In this document: piece by piece, positions 1 through 9,168 of the stretch
Layout: each line of letters opens with the position of its first letter
Numbering within the stretch: position 1 is the stretch's first letter
Source: an uncultured beta proteobacterium
GTDB lineage: Bacteria; Pseudomonadota; Gammaproteobacteria; Burkholderiales; SG8-39
Direction: 5' to 3'
Assembly: GCA_963754305.1 (NCBI GenBank)
Contig: CAVWFR010000034.1
Coordinates: forward strand, 5,452-69,451
DNA: 64,000 nucleotides
Notes under the pieces: generated by a model
What the model saw: only the letters and a program-made list of their open reading frames with translations
The model's database searches: none
What the model was told of the DNA's origin: nothing
Translations under genes and position numbers: made by a program

Positions 1-281
1 GGCCGGGACAAATGACCGGCGACTCCACCGCCGAGCAGGGCGCCGCCGGGTTGAGCGCGCTCTCGCGCGAGGACTCGCAGCGCATCGCCGCGCTCAACCG
101 CGCCTACGGCGAGAAGTTCGGGTTCCCGTTCATCATCGCAGTGCGCGAGCACTCGAAGGAAAGCATCCTCCGCGAGTTCGAGCGCCGGCTCCGCAACGAC
201 CCGGACGCCGAGCTCGCGGCCGGGCTGGAGCAGGTGTTCGTCATCACGCGCCTGCGTCTCGACGGGCTCCTCGGCACCTGA
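1..281 (+). CDS. uraD: OHCU decarboxylase (2-oxo-4-hydroxy-4-carboxy-5-ureidoimidazoline decarboxylase), C-terminal part; 5' end outside window
   Basis: The frame of ORF 12..281 stays open to the window edge. The translation FPFIIAVREHSKESILREFERRLRNDPDAEL is typical of the C-terminal half of UraD-type enzymes. A HIU hydrolase gene follows 13 bp later. Confidence 0.8.
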   Translation, partial: PGQMTGDSTAEQGAAGLSALSREDSQRIAALNRAYGEKFGFPFIIAVREHSKESILREFERRLRNDPDAELAAGLEQVFVITRLRLDGLLGT

Positions 282-294
282 AAGGCGCGAGGCC

Positions 295-648
295 ATGGGC
301 CGGCTTTCCACCCACGTTCTCGACACCGTGACCGGCAAGCCGGCCGTCGGCATGCGCATCGATTTCTCCGTCCTCGAGGGCGGGGAATGGAAGCTCGTGA
401 AGACGCTGCGCACCAACGCCGACGGACGGACGGACGAGCCGGTGATGGCCGCCGACGCGATGCGCACCGGCGAGTTCCGCCTGCTGTTCTACGTCGCGGA
501 CCACTTCCGCGCCCAGGGGGTCGCGCTGGCCGAACCGCCGTTCCTGGATCGCGTGCCGCTCAGCTTCGGGATCGCGGATCGGGACGCGCACTATCACGTC
601 CCGCTCCTGTGCACCCCGTGGAGCTACAGCACCTACCGGGGAAGTTGA
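295..648 (+). CDS. uraH: 5-hydroxyisourate hydrolase (transthyretin-like protein)
   Basis: 117 aa. It has the N-terminal LSTHVLD motif, the HYHVPLL motif and the canonical C-terminal YRGS signature. Confidence 0.9.
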   Translation: MGRLSTHVLDTVTGKPAVGMRIDFSVLEGGEWKLVKTLRTNADGRTDEPVMAADAMRTGEFRLLFYVADHFRAQGVALAEPPFLDRVPLSFGIADRDAHYHVPLLCTPWSYSTYRGS

Positions 649-661
649 TGGGGGCCGGCGG

Positions 662-1675
662 TTGAGCCGCGCACCGCCGCGCCGACGCCTGCTCCTCGCC
701 GGCGCATCCGCCGGCGCGCTCGCCGCCTGCGGCCGATGGACCTCGCCCGCGCCCGAGCACGGGCCGATCGTCGCGATGTTCCCGGGGCGCATCGACGATC
801 GGGGCTTCATCGAGGCCGGCTATCGCGGCCTGATGCGCGTGACCGAGGCGCTCAGGATTCCGGTGCGCTACGTCGACAACGTCGCCCCCGAGGAGGACGC
901 GATGAAAACCGCACTGCGCGGTCTTGCCGAGTCCGACGCGAAGATGGTGATCGCGTACGGCGGCCAGACGAGCGCGGCGGCGCAGCGCGTGGCGTGGGAG
1001 TTTCCCGAGCAGCGCTTCACGGTGATCCAGGGCTTTCACACGCGCCCGAACCTCGCCGTCTACGAGGTGCTGCAGGAACAGTCGGCATGGCTCGCCGGCG
1101 CGGCCGCGGGCCTGCTCACGAAGTCGAACGTCGTGGGCCACATGTCGGGGCTGCGCGTGCGGCCCGGCCTCAAGTCGCGCGCGGCTTTCGCCGCCGGGCT
1201 CGCGTCGACGAACTCGCGCGCGCGGCTGCTCACCAACTTCTCCGGCTCGCAGGACGATCCGGCGCTCGCGAAGCGCGTCGCGCTCGCCCAGATCGACGCG
1301 GGCGCCGACATCATCTTCACGATGCTCAACGCCGGGCGCGCCGGCGCCATCGACGCGTGCCGCGAACGCGGGGTGAAGCAGATCGGGAACGTGTTCGACT
1401 GGGTCGAGATCATGCCCGAAGTGTTCGTCGCCAGCGCGGTCGCCGACGGGGGCGTGGCGGTGTTCGAATCCGCGCGCGACCTCCGCGACGCCGTCTGGAA
1501 GGGCGAACTGGTGCGGCGCATCGGTATGCGCAATCCGGCCGCAGTGCGCCTCGCGCTCGCCTCGACCGTGCCCGACCCGGTGCAGGCGCGGATCGCCGTC
1601 CTCACCCAGGAGATGACGGCGGGGACCATCAAGATTCCCGAGGAGTACGCGGGACCCGAATTTGTCACGGCGTGA
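662..1675 (+). CDS. BMP-family (PnrA-like) substrate-binding lipoprotein
   Basis: 337 aa. The N-terminus RRRLLLAGASAGALAACG looks like a Tat/Sec signal with a lipobox. The body resembles Bmp/Med-type periplasmic binding proteins. The start is non-ATG according to the ORF track. Confidence 0.7.
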   Translation: MSRAPPRRRLLLAGASAGALAACGRWTSPAPEHGPIVAMFPGRIDDRGFIEAGYRGLMRVTEALRIPVRYVDNVAPEEDAMKTALRGLAESDAKMVIAYGGQTSAAAQRVAWEFPEQRFTVIQGFHTRPNLAVYEVLQEQSAWLAGAAAGLLTKSNVVGHMSGLRVRPGLKSRAAFAAGLASTNSRARLLTNFSGSQDDPALAKRVALAQIDAGADIIFTMLNAGRAGAIDACRERGVKQIGNVFDWVEIMPEVFVASAVADGGVAVFESARDLRDAVWKGELVRRIGMRNPAAVRLALASTVPDPVQARIAVLTQEMTAGTIKIPEEYAGPEFVTA

Positions 1676-1688
1676 GGGAGGCCGGCAG

Positions 1689-2042
1689 ATGAGCGGAGGA
1701 GTCTCGATCCACGTCGTCGACGTGTCGCGCGGCGTCGTCGCCGCCTGGATGAGAGTCGAGCTGTATGCGCTCGACCCGGTGCGCAAGCTCGTGGCGAGCG
1801 GCATCGTGAGCGCCAAGGGGCTGGTGGAGGAGGCGCCGCTCGCGCAGCGGTTCGCGCCGGGCCCGTACGAAGCGGTGTTCCACGTCGCCGCGTTCTATCG
1901 GGCCGTCGGGCTGCCGCTGCCCAAGGTGCCGTTCCTGGACGTGGTGACGTTCCGGTTCGGCATCGACGATCCCGAGAGCCACTACCACCTCCCGATGAAG
2001 GTGACGCCGTGGGGCTACTCGTGCTTCCGCGGCGGCGCGTAG
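1689..2042 (+). CDS. 5-hydroxyisourate hydrolase paralogue (divergent C-terminus)
   Basis: In-frame ATG at 1689 gives MSGGVSIHVVDVSRG. The HYHLPMKVTPWGYS motif is present, but the protein ends CFRGGA instead of YRGS. Confidence 0.8.
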   Translation: MSGGVSIHVVDVSRGVVAAWMRVELYALDPVRKLVASGIVSAKGLVEEAPLAQRFAPGPYEAVFHVAAFYRAVGLPLPKVPFLDVVTFRFGIDDPESHYHLPMKVTPWGYSCFRGGA

Positions 2043-2129
2043 CTTGCGATCCCGGCTGACCGGAGGCCGGACAGGGAGGGGCTCGAAATAAGGGCCGCCC
2101 TCCTCGCCTCGGCGGCGCTCAACGCCGTC

Positions 2130-3257
2130 ATGGTGCTCATGATGGCGGCGGTGCTGGCGGTGCCGGTGATGGCGCCCGCGATCGCGGCCGACACCGGCCT
2201 CCGGCCATCGCTGCTCGGCGTCTACTCGTTCCTGATGTGGGGCGCCGCGATCCTCGCGTCGACCGGTGTCGGCGGCCTGATCGGACGACTGGGGGCGGTG
2301 CGCGTCGTACAGACGGCGCTCGGTCTCTCCGCGTTCGCCCTCGCGCTCGGTGCAGGCGGCTGGACACCGGCCCTCCTCGCCGTCCCGCTCCTGATCGGCA
2401 TCGCCTGCGCGATCGAGACGCCGGCGAGCTCCGAGATCCTCGCGCGGGTGACGCCGGCGACCCATCGGACCTTCATCTTTTCGCTCAAGCAGACCGGCGT
2501 GCAAATCGGAGGAATGCTCGCCGGCATCGCGTATCCCGCGGCGCTCCCGGCGCTCGGCTGGCGCGGCGCGATGGTCGCGCTCGCGGCGCTGATGGTCGCC
2601 GGCGCCTGCGCGCTCGAGCCGATGCGTCGCGCCTTGCACGATCACCCGTCGCCGCGGGCGACCGGCAGCGGGCCGATCGGGTTCGCGTTCGTCTGGCGGC
2701 ACCGGGGCTTGCGCGATCTCGCCAGCGCGTCGTTCGTCTTCCACGCGATGCAGGTCTGCCTCAACACCTTCCTCGTCGCCTACCTGGTCGGCGAGCACGG
2801 CTACTCGCTCGCCGCGGCCGGCCTGTTGCTCGCCATCGCCCAGTTCGGCGGGTTCGTCGGCCGGCTCGGCTTCGGTTTCCTGATCGGACCACGCCTGCCG
2901 GTGATGCGGCTGCTCGCCGCCATCGGCTTCGGCATGACCGCCGCGGCGCTCGTGATCGGGCTCGCCGCGGGAGCGCTGCATCCTGGCGCGCTCGCGGTCC
3001 TCTGCTTCTGCTTCGGGCTGACCGCGGCGGGCTGGAACGGCGTGTTCCTCGCCGAGGTCGCGCGGCACGCGCCCGCGGGCGAGATCGCGCGCGTGACGGG
3101 CGGCGTGATGATCACCGCCTATGCCGGCCTCATCCTCGGACCGGTCGCATTCAGCGCCGCGGCGGCCGCCGCCGGGCTGGGCGCCGGCTACGTCTTCCTC
3201 GCCGCCGGGACCTTCATCGGGACGCTCGCGCTGCGGGGCGCACGCCGCGTCCTATAA
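2130..3257 (+). CDS. MFS transporter
   Basis: 375 aa, highly hydrophobic, with a multi-helix MFS-like pattern. There is no ATG/GTG/TTG between the upstream stop (2040..2042) and 2130, although the upstream in-frame residues look like part of TM1. The start is therefore uncertain. Confidence 0.75.
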   Translation: MVLMMAAVLAVPVMAPAIAADTGLRPSLLGVYSFLMWGAAILASTGVGGLIGRLGAVRVVQTALGLSAFALALGAGGWTPALLAVPLLIGIACAIETPASSEILARVTPATHRTFIFSLKQTGVQIGGMLAGIAYPAALPALGWRGAMVALAALMVAGACALEPMRRALHDHPSPRATGSGPIGFAFVWRHRGLRDLASASFVFHAMQVCLNTFLVAYLVGEHGYSLAAAGLLLAIAQFGGFVGRLGFGFLIGPRLPVMRLLAAIGFGMTAAALVIGLAAGALHPGALAVLCFCFGLTAAGWNGVFLAEVARHAPAGEIARVTGGVMITAYAGLILGPVAFSAAAAAAGLGAGYVFLAAGTFIGTLALRGARRVL

Positions 3258-3291
3258 TCGCTGCCGTTTCGCGCCTCGTCGGGAGCCCGCC

Positions 3292-3777
3292 GTGCCGTCG
3301 TTCGACATCACTTCGGAAGTCAACAAGATGGAGCTCCGGAACGCCGTCGAGCAGGCGAACAAGGAGATCCAGAACCGGTTCGACTTCAAGGGCTCGGACG
3401 CGCGCATCGAGCTCGGCGAGCTCGAGCTCGTCGTCTACGCCGACGACGACTTCAAGCTGAAGCAGGTCATGGACGTTCTCGCCGGCAAGTGCGCCAAGCG
3501 CGGCGTCGATACTCGCTCGCTCGCGCCGCTTGCGATCGAGAAGATCGGCGGGAACAAGGTCAAGCAGGCGGTCGAGGTCAAGAACGGGATCGACCAGGAG
3601 AAGGCAAAGCAGATCGTCAAGCTCATGAAGGAGGCCAAGCTCAAGGTGCAGGCCTCCATCCAGGGTGCGGCGGTGAGAGTCACCGGGGCGAAAAAGGACG
3701 ACCTGCAGGCGGCGATCCAGCTCGTGAAGAAGTCGGTGGCGGACGTCCCGCTGCAGTTCGGGAATTTCAGGGACTAG
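3292..3777 (+). CDS. yajQ: YajQ-family nucleotide/cyclic-di-GMP-binding protein
   Basis: A GTG at 3292 gives (M)[40 protein letters not shown], 161 aa. This is the typical YajQ N-terminus and length. Confidence 0.9.
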   Translation: MPSFDITSEVNKMELRNAVEQANKEIQNRFDFKGSDARIELGELELVVYADDDFKLKQVMDVLAGKCAKRGVDTRSLAPLAIEKIGGNKVKQAVEVKNGIDQEKAKQIVKLMKEAKLKVQASIQGAAVRVTGAKKDDLQAAIQLVKKSVADVPLQFGNFRD

Positions 3778-3906
3778 GCAAAGGCCTCGCGGGCCGACGG
3801 GGGCGCACCATCCGCTTCCCGTCCTGGCCGTTCGGGCTCGACTCTGAGGGATGCAGCTCGGGGTCGAGCAATTCCCGCGCGCCGGGTGCAGCCGTCCGAC
3901 CCGAGC

Positions 3907-4062
3907 TCAGCCGGCGCGGGCGCGGATGAACCGGTAGGCCAGCACCGCCGCGAGCGCACCCGGAACGACGGCGATCACTACGACGCCCGCGGCCCACGCG
4001 GCGAGCTCCACCAGCTCGCGGCCTTGGACCCACTTCGTGATCTCGTGCTTGATGCGTTCCAT
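3907..4062 (-). CDS. small hypothetical membrane protein (51 aa), absent from the ORF track
   Basis: Hand translation gives MERIKHEITKWVQGRELVELAAWAAGVVVIAVVPGALAAVLAYRFIRARAG. It has one clear TM helix and a strong G/C third-position bias. The Shine-Dalgarno sequence is weak. Confidence 0.4.
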   Translation of the reverse strand: MERIKHEITKWVQGRELVELAAWAAGVVVIAVVPGALAAVLAYRFIRARAG

Positions 4063-4174
4063 GTCGGTCTCTACGTGAGCGGCATTGGTCTGGATTCGTC
4101 GCCGATGTTACCGACCGACTTACGGCGTGCGAATACGCCCCTGGGATTAAGCCCCCGTTCGGCTTGGGCTTAAG

Positions 4175-4879
4175 TCACGCGCCGAGACCCTCGATCCACC
4201 GGTCGTAGAGCCGCGCGGCGACCGCGTTCAGATCGCCGACCCGTTGCTCGAGACTTTCTTCCGCCTGCTCCGCGGTCTGAACCGAAGGCCCGGCGTGCGG
4301 GCGGACTTCCTCGCCCGCGTCGGCGTACCAACCGCGAATCAGCTCCGGGGTCATCTCGACGTGGCATTGCATGCCGAGATGCCCGTCCAGCACGAACGCC
4401 TGGTTGGGGCAATACGGGCTCGCCAGAATCCGCGTCGCGCCCGCCGGGATGGTGAAGGTCTCGCCGTGCCAGTGGAAGGACAGGAATTCGCGCAGGTCGC
4501 CGAGCCACTCGCGCGCTTCCGGCCCCTCGACCGCCTGCACCGGCCCCCAGCCGATCTCCTTGACCGTGTTACGGGTGACGACGCCGCCCAGTGCTTTCGC
4601 CATGAGCTGGCCGCCAAGGCAGTGGCCGAGGCACGGCACCCCGGTGTCGACGGCGCGCCGAATCAGCTCGAGTTCAGGGTCGATCCAAGGCAGATGGTCG
4701 TTCACGCTCATCGGCCCGCCCATGAACACCAGGCCGGAGTAGGTGCCGGGGTCGGCCGGCACCGCCTCCCCGGCATCGACGCGCACGACCTGCCAGGGGA
4801 GGTCTTTACGGTGGAGGTAAGCGGCAAAATACCCTGGACCCTCGGTGGGGCTGTGACGGAAGATCGCGATTGGTTTCAC
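4175..4879 (-). CDS. class I glutamine amidotransferase-like protein
   Basis: A GTG at 4879 gives (M)KPIAIFRHSPTEGPGYF. The GHCLGGQ nucleophile elbow and a downstream HVE triad-like motif are present. The N-terminal 53 codons of ORF 4175..5038 look non-coding. Confidence 0.8.
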   Translation of the reverse strand: MKPIAIFRHSPTEGPGYFAAYLHRKDLPWQVVRVDAGEAVPADPGTYSGLVFMGGPMSVNDHLPWIDPELELIRRAVDTGVPCLGHCLGGQLMAKALGGVVTRNTVKEIGWGPVQAVEGPEAREWLGDLREFLSFHWHGETFTIPAGATRILASPYCPNQAFVLDGHLGMQCHVEMTPELIRGWYADAGEEVRPHAGPSVQTAEQAEESLEQRVGDLNAVAARLYDRWIEGLGA

Positions 4880-4901
4880 TTTTCCCTGTCCGACCAAGAA
4901 G

Positions 4902-5546
4902 ATGAAGCTCCAGCATTCTATTTCAGCGGGGGTCGTGGTCCTAGCGTTCGCGACCCCGGGCGCCGCAACCGACGTCAACGTCGTGGGCCTCTCCAGCACC
5001 AAAGCGGTGATCTCGATCAACGGAGGCCAGCCGCGCACGCTCGCCGCAGGTCAGCGCTCGCCCGAGGGGGTGGTGCTGGTCGCGGTCGATCGCGAGACGG
5101 CGACTTTCGAGGTCGACGGCAAGCGCCGCGCGCTCAAGATGGGCCAGGCTTACGCCTCCGCGGGTAACGGCGGCGGCGGGGGCTCGGTGACCCTCAAGGC
5201 CGACGGTCGCGGGCATTTCAGCGCCGACGCGCAGGTCAACGGTGGGGTCGTGCGGTTCATGGTCGACACCGGTGCGACCATGGTCGCGCTCCCGGCGGCC
5301 GACGCCAAGCGGCTCGGCATCAGCTATCTCAACGGCGAGCGCGGCTTGGTACAGACGGCGAACGGCGCAGCGCCGGCCTACAAGGTCAAGCTCGACACCG
5401 TCCGCGTCGGCGACATCTCGATGAACAACATCGACGCGATGGTGCTCGAAGGCGGGCTGACGACGCCGCTCCTGGGGATGACGTTCCTGAACCGTACCGA
5501 GATGCGGCGCGACGGCGAGACGATGGTGCTCACCAAGCGCTTCTGA
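4902..5546 (+). CDS. secreted retropepsin-like (clan AA, TIGR02281-type) aspartic protease
   Basis: 214 aa with a signal peptide. It carries the VDTGAT catalytic motif (FMVDTGATMVALP) and the C-terminal LLGMTFLNR block. Confidence 0.8.
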   Translation: MKLQHSISAGVVVLAFATPGAATDVNVVGLSSTKAVISINGGQPRTLAAGQRSPEGVVLVAVDRETATFEVDGKRRALKMGQAYASAGNGGGGGSVTLKADGRGHFSADAQVNGGVVRFMVDTGATMVALPAADAKRLGISYLNGERGLVQTANGAAPAYKVKLDTVRVGDISMNNIDAMVLEGGLTTPLLGMTFLNRTEMRRDGETMVLTKRF

Positions 5547-5547
5547 T

Positions 5548-5591
5548 CTTCACGCTGCGAGGGCGCATACCCTCGTAATCCCTCGCTCCCC
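5548..5591. repeat. REP-like intergenic element, copy 1
   Basis: cttcacgctgcgagggcgcataccctcgtaatccctcgctcccc. The gcgaggg/ccctcgc arms can form a hairpin. Related copies lie at 13999..14035 and 14051..14093. Confidence 0.55.
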
Positions 5592-5827
5592 GGTGCCGAA
5601 TCCAGGCGCGTTGAAGCGCGCCGGGACCCGCCGATGGTGAACCCGTAACCGACGTCCTCCGGGCCGACCAAGGCGATCTTCGTGCCGGGTTGGTCGCCCG
5701 GTCCCGCGCTCGCAAGAAGGGTCCGGGCGAAAGCGCGTCCACCGGCAGAAAGCGCGTCGCCGCCGGCCGTGCCGGAGGCCCGTGCTACGATCGGCCGCGC
5801 CGCGGGGGACCGAAGGAGGAGCGTTCG

Positions 5828-6967
5828 ATGAAGGTGACCGACGTCGTCTGCCATCTCCTGCAAAGCAAGGTGGACAAGCCGTTCACCTCGGCGCGCGGCT
5901 GGACGTACGCGACCCGGTCGTCGTGCGTGGTCGAGATCCGCACCGACGATGGCGTCACCGGCTGGGGCGAGTGCTACGGCCCGGCCGCCGTCGCCAAAGC
6001 GGCGATCGACACGCAGCTCGCCTCGCGCGTCAAGGGCCGCGACCCGTTCGATGTCGAGGTGATCTGGGACGATCTGTACAACCGCGTGAAGGACTACGGC
6101 CTCACCGGGATCACGATCGCCGCGATCTCCGGCATCGACATCGCGCTCTGGGACATCATGGGCCGCGCGACCGGCAAACCGGTTCACAAGCTGATCGGCG
6201 GCGCCTGTCGCGACCGGCTCGTCCCGTACGCGACCGGTCTCTACTTCATCGACATGGCACGGCTCACCGAGGAGGCCGTCGAGGAAGCGCAGGGGTATGT
6301 CGCGCAGGGATTTCGCGCGATCAAGATGAAGATCGGCCTGGGCGACCTGAAGAAGGACCTCGAGCGCGTGGCGGCGGTGCGCCGGGCGATCGGCCCGGAC
6401 ATCCGCCTCGCCGTCGACGCGAACCACTGCTTCTCGGTCCCCAATGCCATCCGGCTCGGCCGGATGCTGGAGGAGCACGACATCCTCTGGTTCGAGGAGC
6501 CGATCAGCCCCGAGGACCACGACGGCTACGTGGAAGTGACGCGCGCGCTCGACATGGCCGTCGCCGGCGGCGAGAACGATTTCACCCGCTGGGGCTTTCG
6601 CGACCTCATCGCGCGCAAGGCGATGGACATCGTGCAGCCGGACCTGTGCGCGGCCGGCGGCTTCTCCGAATGCCGCAAGATCGCGGCGCTCGCCTCCGCC
6701 TTCGGCGTCGAGTGCGTGCCCCATGCCTGGGGCTCGGCGATCGGACTGGCGGCGACCATCCAGTTCCTGGCGGCGCTGCCCGATCAGCCGCCCGCGTTCC
6801 GGCCGATGCCGCCGATGCTCGAGTTCGAGCAGACGCCCAATCCCCTGCGCGACCAGCTCGCGCGCGAGCCGATCGTCCAGCGGGAGGGGGTGGTCGCGGT
6901 GCCGCGCGGGCCGGGGCTCGGCATCGAGATCGACCGCGCGGTGCTCGAGCGCTACAAGGTCGGATAG
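5828..6967 (+). CDS. enolase-superfamily enzyme, mandelate racemase/muconate lactonizing family (probable acid-sugar dehydratase)
   Basis: Starts MKVTDVVCHLL. Motifs seen: GWGECYG, IKMKIG (KxK), VDAN, WFEEP, GGEN, QPD and PHAW. Confidence 0.85.
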   Translation: MKVTDVVCHLLQSKVDKPFTSARGWTYATRSSCVVEIRTDDGVTGWGECYGPAAVAKAAIDTQLASRVKGRDPFDVEVIWDDLYNRVKDYGLTGITIAAISGIDIALWDIMGRATGKPVHKLIGGACRDRLVPYATGLYFIDMARLTEEAVEEAQGYVAQGFRAIKMKIGLGDLKKDLERVAAVRRAIGPDIRLAVDANHCFSVPNAIRLGRMLEEHDILWFEEPISPEDHDGYVEVTRALDMAVAGGENDFTRWGFRDLIARKAMDIVQPDLCAAGGFSECRKIAALASAFGVECVPHAWGSAIGLAATIQFLAALPDQPPAFRPMPPMLEFEQTPNPLRDQLAREPIVQREGVVAVPRGPGLGIEIDRAVLERYKVG

Positions 6968-6968
6968 C

Positions 6969-7982
6969 GTGCGCCGCCCTACTGTCGCGCTGACCAGCGC
7001 CATCCATCCGGTCGGCGAGCGGATCCTGCGCGAGGGTGGTTGCGAGCTTCGCGTCGCGCCGGACCTCGCGCCGGAGACGCTGCTCGCGACTTGCGCCGAC
7101 GCCGACGCGGTCATCGTGCGCGCGCTGCTGCCGCCCGACCTGATCGACCGCAGCCCGCGGCTGCTCGCGGCCGTGCGTCACGGCGCCGGCGTCGACCTCA
7201 TCCCGGTCGATCGCGCGACCGCCCTCGGCGTGTGCGTCGGCTTCGTCCCCGGCGTCAACGGCAACGCCGTCGCGGAGTTCGTGGTGGCACAGATGCTCGC
7301 CGCCGCGCGCAACGTCCAGCGCATGGACCAGGTGCTGCACGCCGACGGCTGGAGCCGCGCCCGCGCGCTCGCCGACGGCGCGTCCGAGCTCGGCGGCAAG
7401 ACGCTCGGCGTCGTGGGCGTAGGGTCGATCGGGACGCGGCTCGCCGAGATCGCGCATCACGGCTTCCGCATGCGGGTGCTCGGGTTTCGCCGCGACCGGA
7501 CGAAGCTGCCGCCGTTCGTCGCTCACGCCGAGCCGGACCGACTCTTCGCCGACAGCGACTACATCGTGCTCGCGTGCCCGCTCACGCCGGACACGCGGGG
7601 CCTCGCGTCCGCGCGGCTCCTCGCGCGCATGCGGCCAACCGCGTGGCTGCTGAACGTCTCGCGCGGGGCCGTGGTCGACGAGCCCGCGCTCGTCGAGGCA
7701 CTGGCTGCGCGGCGCATCGCGGGCGCAGTGCTCGACGTGTTCGCGGCGCAGCCGCTGGCGGAGGATCACCGGCTCCGCGCGCTCCCGAACGCGATTCTCA
7801 CCCCGCACACCGCCGGCCTCTCGGCGGAGTCGGTGCGCGCGATGAGCGAAAGCGCGGCGACCGACACCCTGCGCATCCTGCGGGGCGAGCGTCCGCAGCA
7901 TCTCTTCAACGCCGATGTCTGGCCGCGGTTTCTCGAGCGTCGCCGCGCGCTCGGCTGGCCCGCGGAAGGAGCGACCCATTGA
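6969..7982 (+). CDS. D-isomer-specific 2-hydroxyacid dehydrogenase family protein
   Basis: GTG start 2 bp after the upstream stop. Motifs seen: the NAD fold GVVGVGSIGTRLA, SRGAVVDEPALVEAL and the C-terminal TPHTAG. Confidence 0.85.
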   Translation: MRRPTVALTSAIHPVGERILREGGCELRVAPDLAPETLLATCADADAVIVRALLPPDLIDRSPRLLAAVRHGAGVDLIPVDRATALGVCVGFVPGVNGNAVAEFVVAQMLAAARNVQRMDQVLHADGWSRARALADGASELGGKTLGVVGVGSIGTRLAEIAHHGFRMRVLGFRRDRTKLPPFVAHAEPDRLFADSDYIVLACPLTPDTRGLASARLLARMRPTAWLLNVSRGAVVDEPALVEALAARRIAGAVLDVFAAQPLAEDHRLRALPNAILTPHTAGLSAESVRAMSESAATDTLRILRGERPQHLFNADVWPRFLERRRALGWPAEGATH

Positions 7983-9145
7983 AGATCTCGAAGGTGAACG
8001 CGACCTGGGTGCACGTGCCGATTCCTCCCGAGCGGCAGCACACGAGCGATTTCGGGCGGACCGCCTCGTTCGATTCCGTGATCGTGAAGATCGTGACCGA
8101 CGACGGCATCACGGGCTGGGGCGAGGCGAAGGCCGGCGTCGGGAGCGCCGCGGAATGCGCAGGGCTCGCCGCGATCGTCAACCAGGACTTCGCCCCGCAT
8201 CTCGTCGGCCAGCCGGCGGGCGACATTTCCCGCCTGTGGGATGTCCTCTACAACCGCCTGCGCGAAGGCTACGCGATCGCACGCGGCCACGGTTTGCCGC
8301 AGCTCGGCCGGCGCGGCCTCACGATCTGCGCGATCGCCGCGGTCGATATCGCGCTGTGGGACATCCTCGGCAAATCGCTAGGCGCGCCCGTCTGGCAGCT
8401 GCTCGGAGGGCGGCGGGCGGAGCGGATGCCCGCGTACGCGTCGGGCGGCTGGGCCGACGTCAACGGGATCGGCGCGCAGCTCGCGGGCTACGTCGAGAAG
8501 AGCGGCTTCCGCGCGGTGAAGATGCGAGTCGGCGTCATGGATGGGACCGTCGCCCGCTCGGCGGCGCGCGTGAAAGCCGCGCGCCAGGCGCTCGGCGGCG
8601 ACGTCGGCCTCGCGTGCGACGCGCACGGCACCTGGACGGTCGCCGAAGCGAAGGCATTCGCCCGCATGGTTGAGGACTGCGATCTCATGTGGTTCGAGGA
8701 GCCGGTCTCCGCCGACGACAAGGCGGGCATGGCGGAAGTGCGGCGCAGCTCCGCGGTGCCGATCAGCGCGGGCGAGAGCGAGTTCACACGCCACGACTTT
8801 CGCGACCTGGCGGAGCTGCGTGCCGCGGACATCCTGCAACCCGATCTCGCGATCGCCGGCGGCGTGACCGAGGCGATGCGCATCGCGGCGATCGCGTCGG
8901 CCTTCAACCTGCGCCTCGCGCCGCATCTCTGGTCGGGCGCGCCGGCGTTCGCGGCCGGGCTCGCCGTCGCTGCCGCCGCCTCCTCCGGCTTCATCCTCGA
9001 ATACTCGCTCGGGCACAATCCGATGCTGCACGAGCTCGTCGAAGAGAACTTCCCGGTGGTCGACGGGCAGGTCGAGATTCCGGATCGGCCGGGGCTCGGG
9101 ATCACGGTGAACGAGGAATTCATCCGTCGCCACGCACGCGGGTGA
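7979..9145 (+). CDS. second enolase-superfamily (mandelate racemase-like) enzyme
   Basis: A TTG start overlaps the upstream stop by 4 nt. Motifs seen: GWGEAKAG, VKMRVG (KxR instead of KxK), CDAH, WFEEP, AGESE, QPD and PHLW. Confidence 0.8.
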   Translation: MKISKVNATWVHVPIPPERQHTSDFGRTASFDSVIVKIVTDDGITGWGEAKAGVGSAAECAGLAAIVNQDFAPHLVGQPAGDISRLWDVLYNRLREGYAIARGHGLPQLGRRGLTICAIAAVDIALWDILGKSLGAPVWQLLGGRRAERMPAYASGGWADVNGIGAQLAGYVEKSGFRAVKMRVGVMDGTVARSAARVKAARQALGGDVGLACDAHGTWTVAEAKAFARMVEDCDLMWFEEPVSADDKAGMAEVRRSSAVPISAGESEFTRHDFRDLAELRAADILQPDLAIAGGVTEAMRIAAIASAFNLRLAPHLWSGAPAFAAGLAVAAAASSGFILEYSLGHNPMLHELVEENFPVVDGQVEIPDRPGLGITVNEEFIRRHARG

Positions 9146-9168
9146 CCGATAGCGGAGGAGAGAGAGCA

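Noticed and set aside
3250-3262. TATAAT hexamers upstream of yajQ (about 3254) and of folA (about 26266) as sigma70 promoters
   Set aside because: No acceptable -35 element lies at 16-18 bp spacing. A single hexamer is too weak as evidence.
4140-4172. TTAAGCCC..GGGCTTAA hairpin just after the amidotransferase stop as a terminator
   Set aside because: It has an 8-bp stem but a long loop and no U-tract on the relevant strand.
5378-7979. Long minus-strand ORFs 5378..7114 and 6606..7979
   Set aside because: They are antisense shadows of the enolase-superfamily and dehydrogenase genes and show no recognisable motifs.
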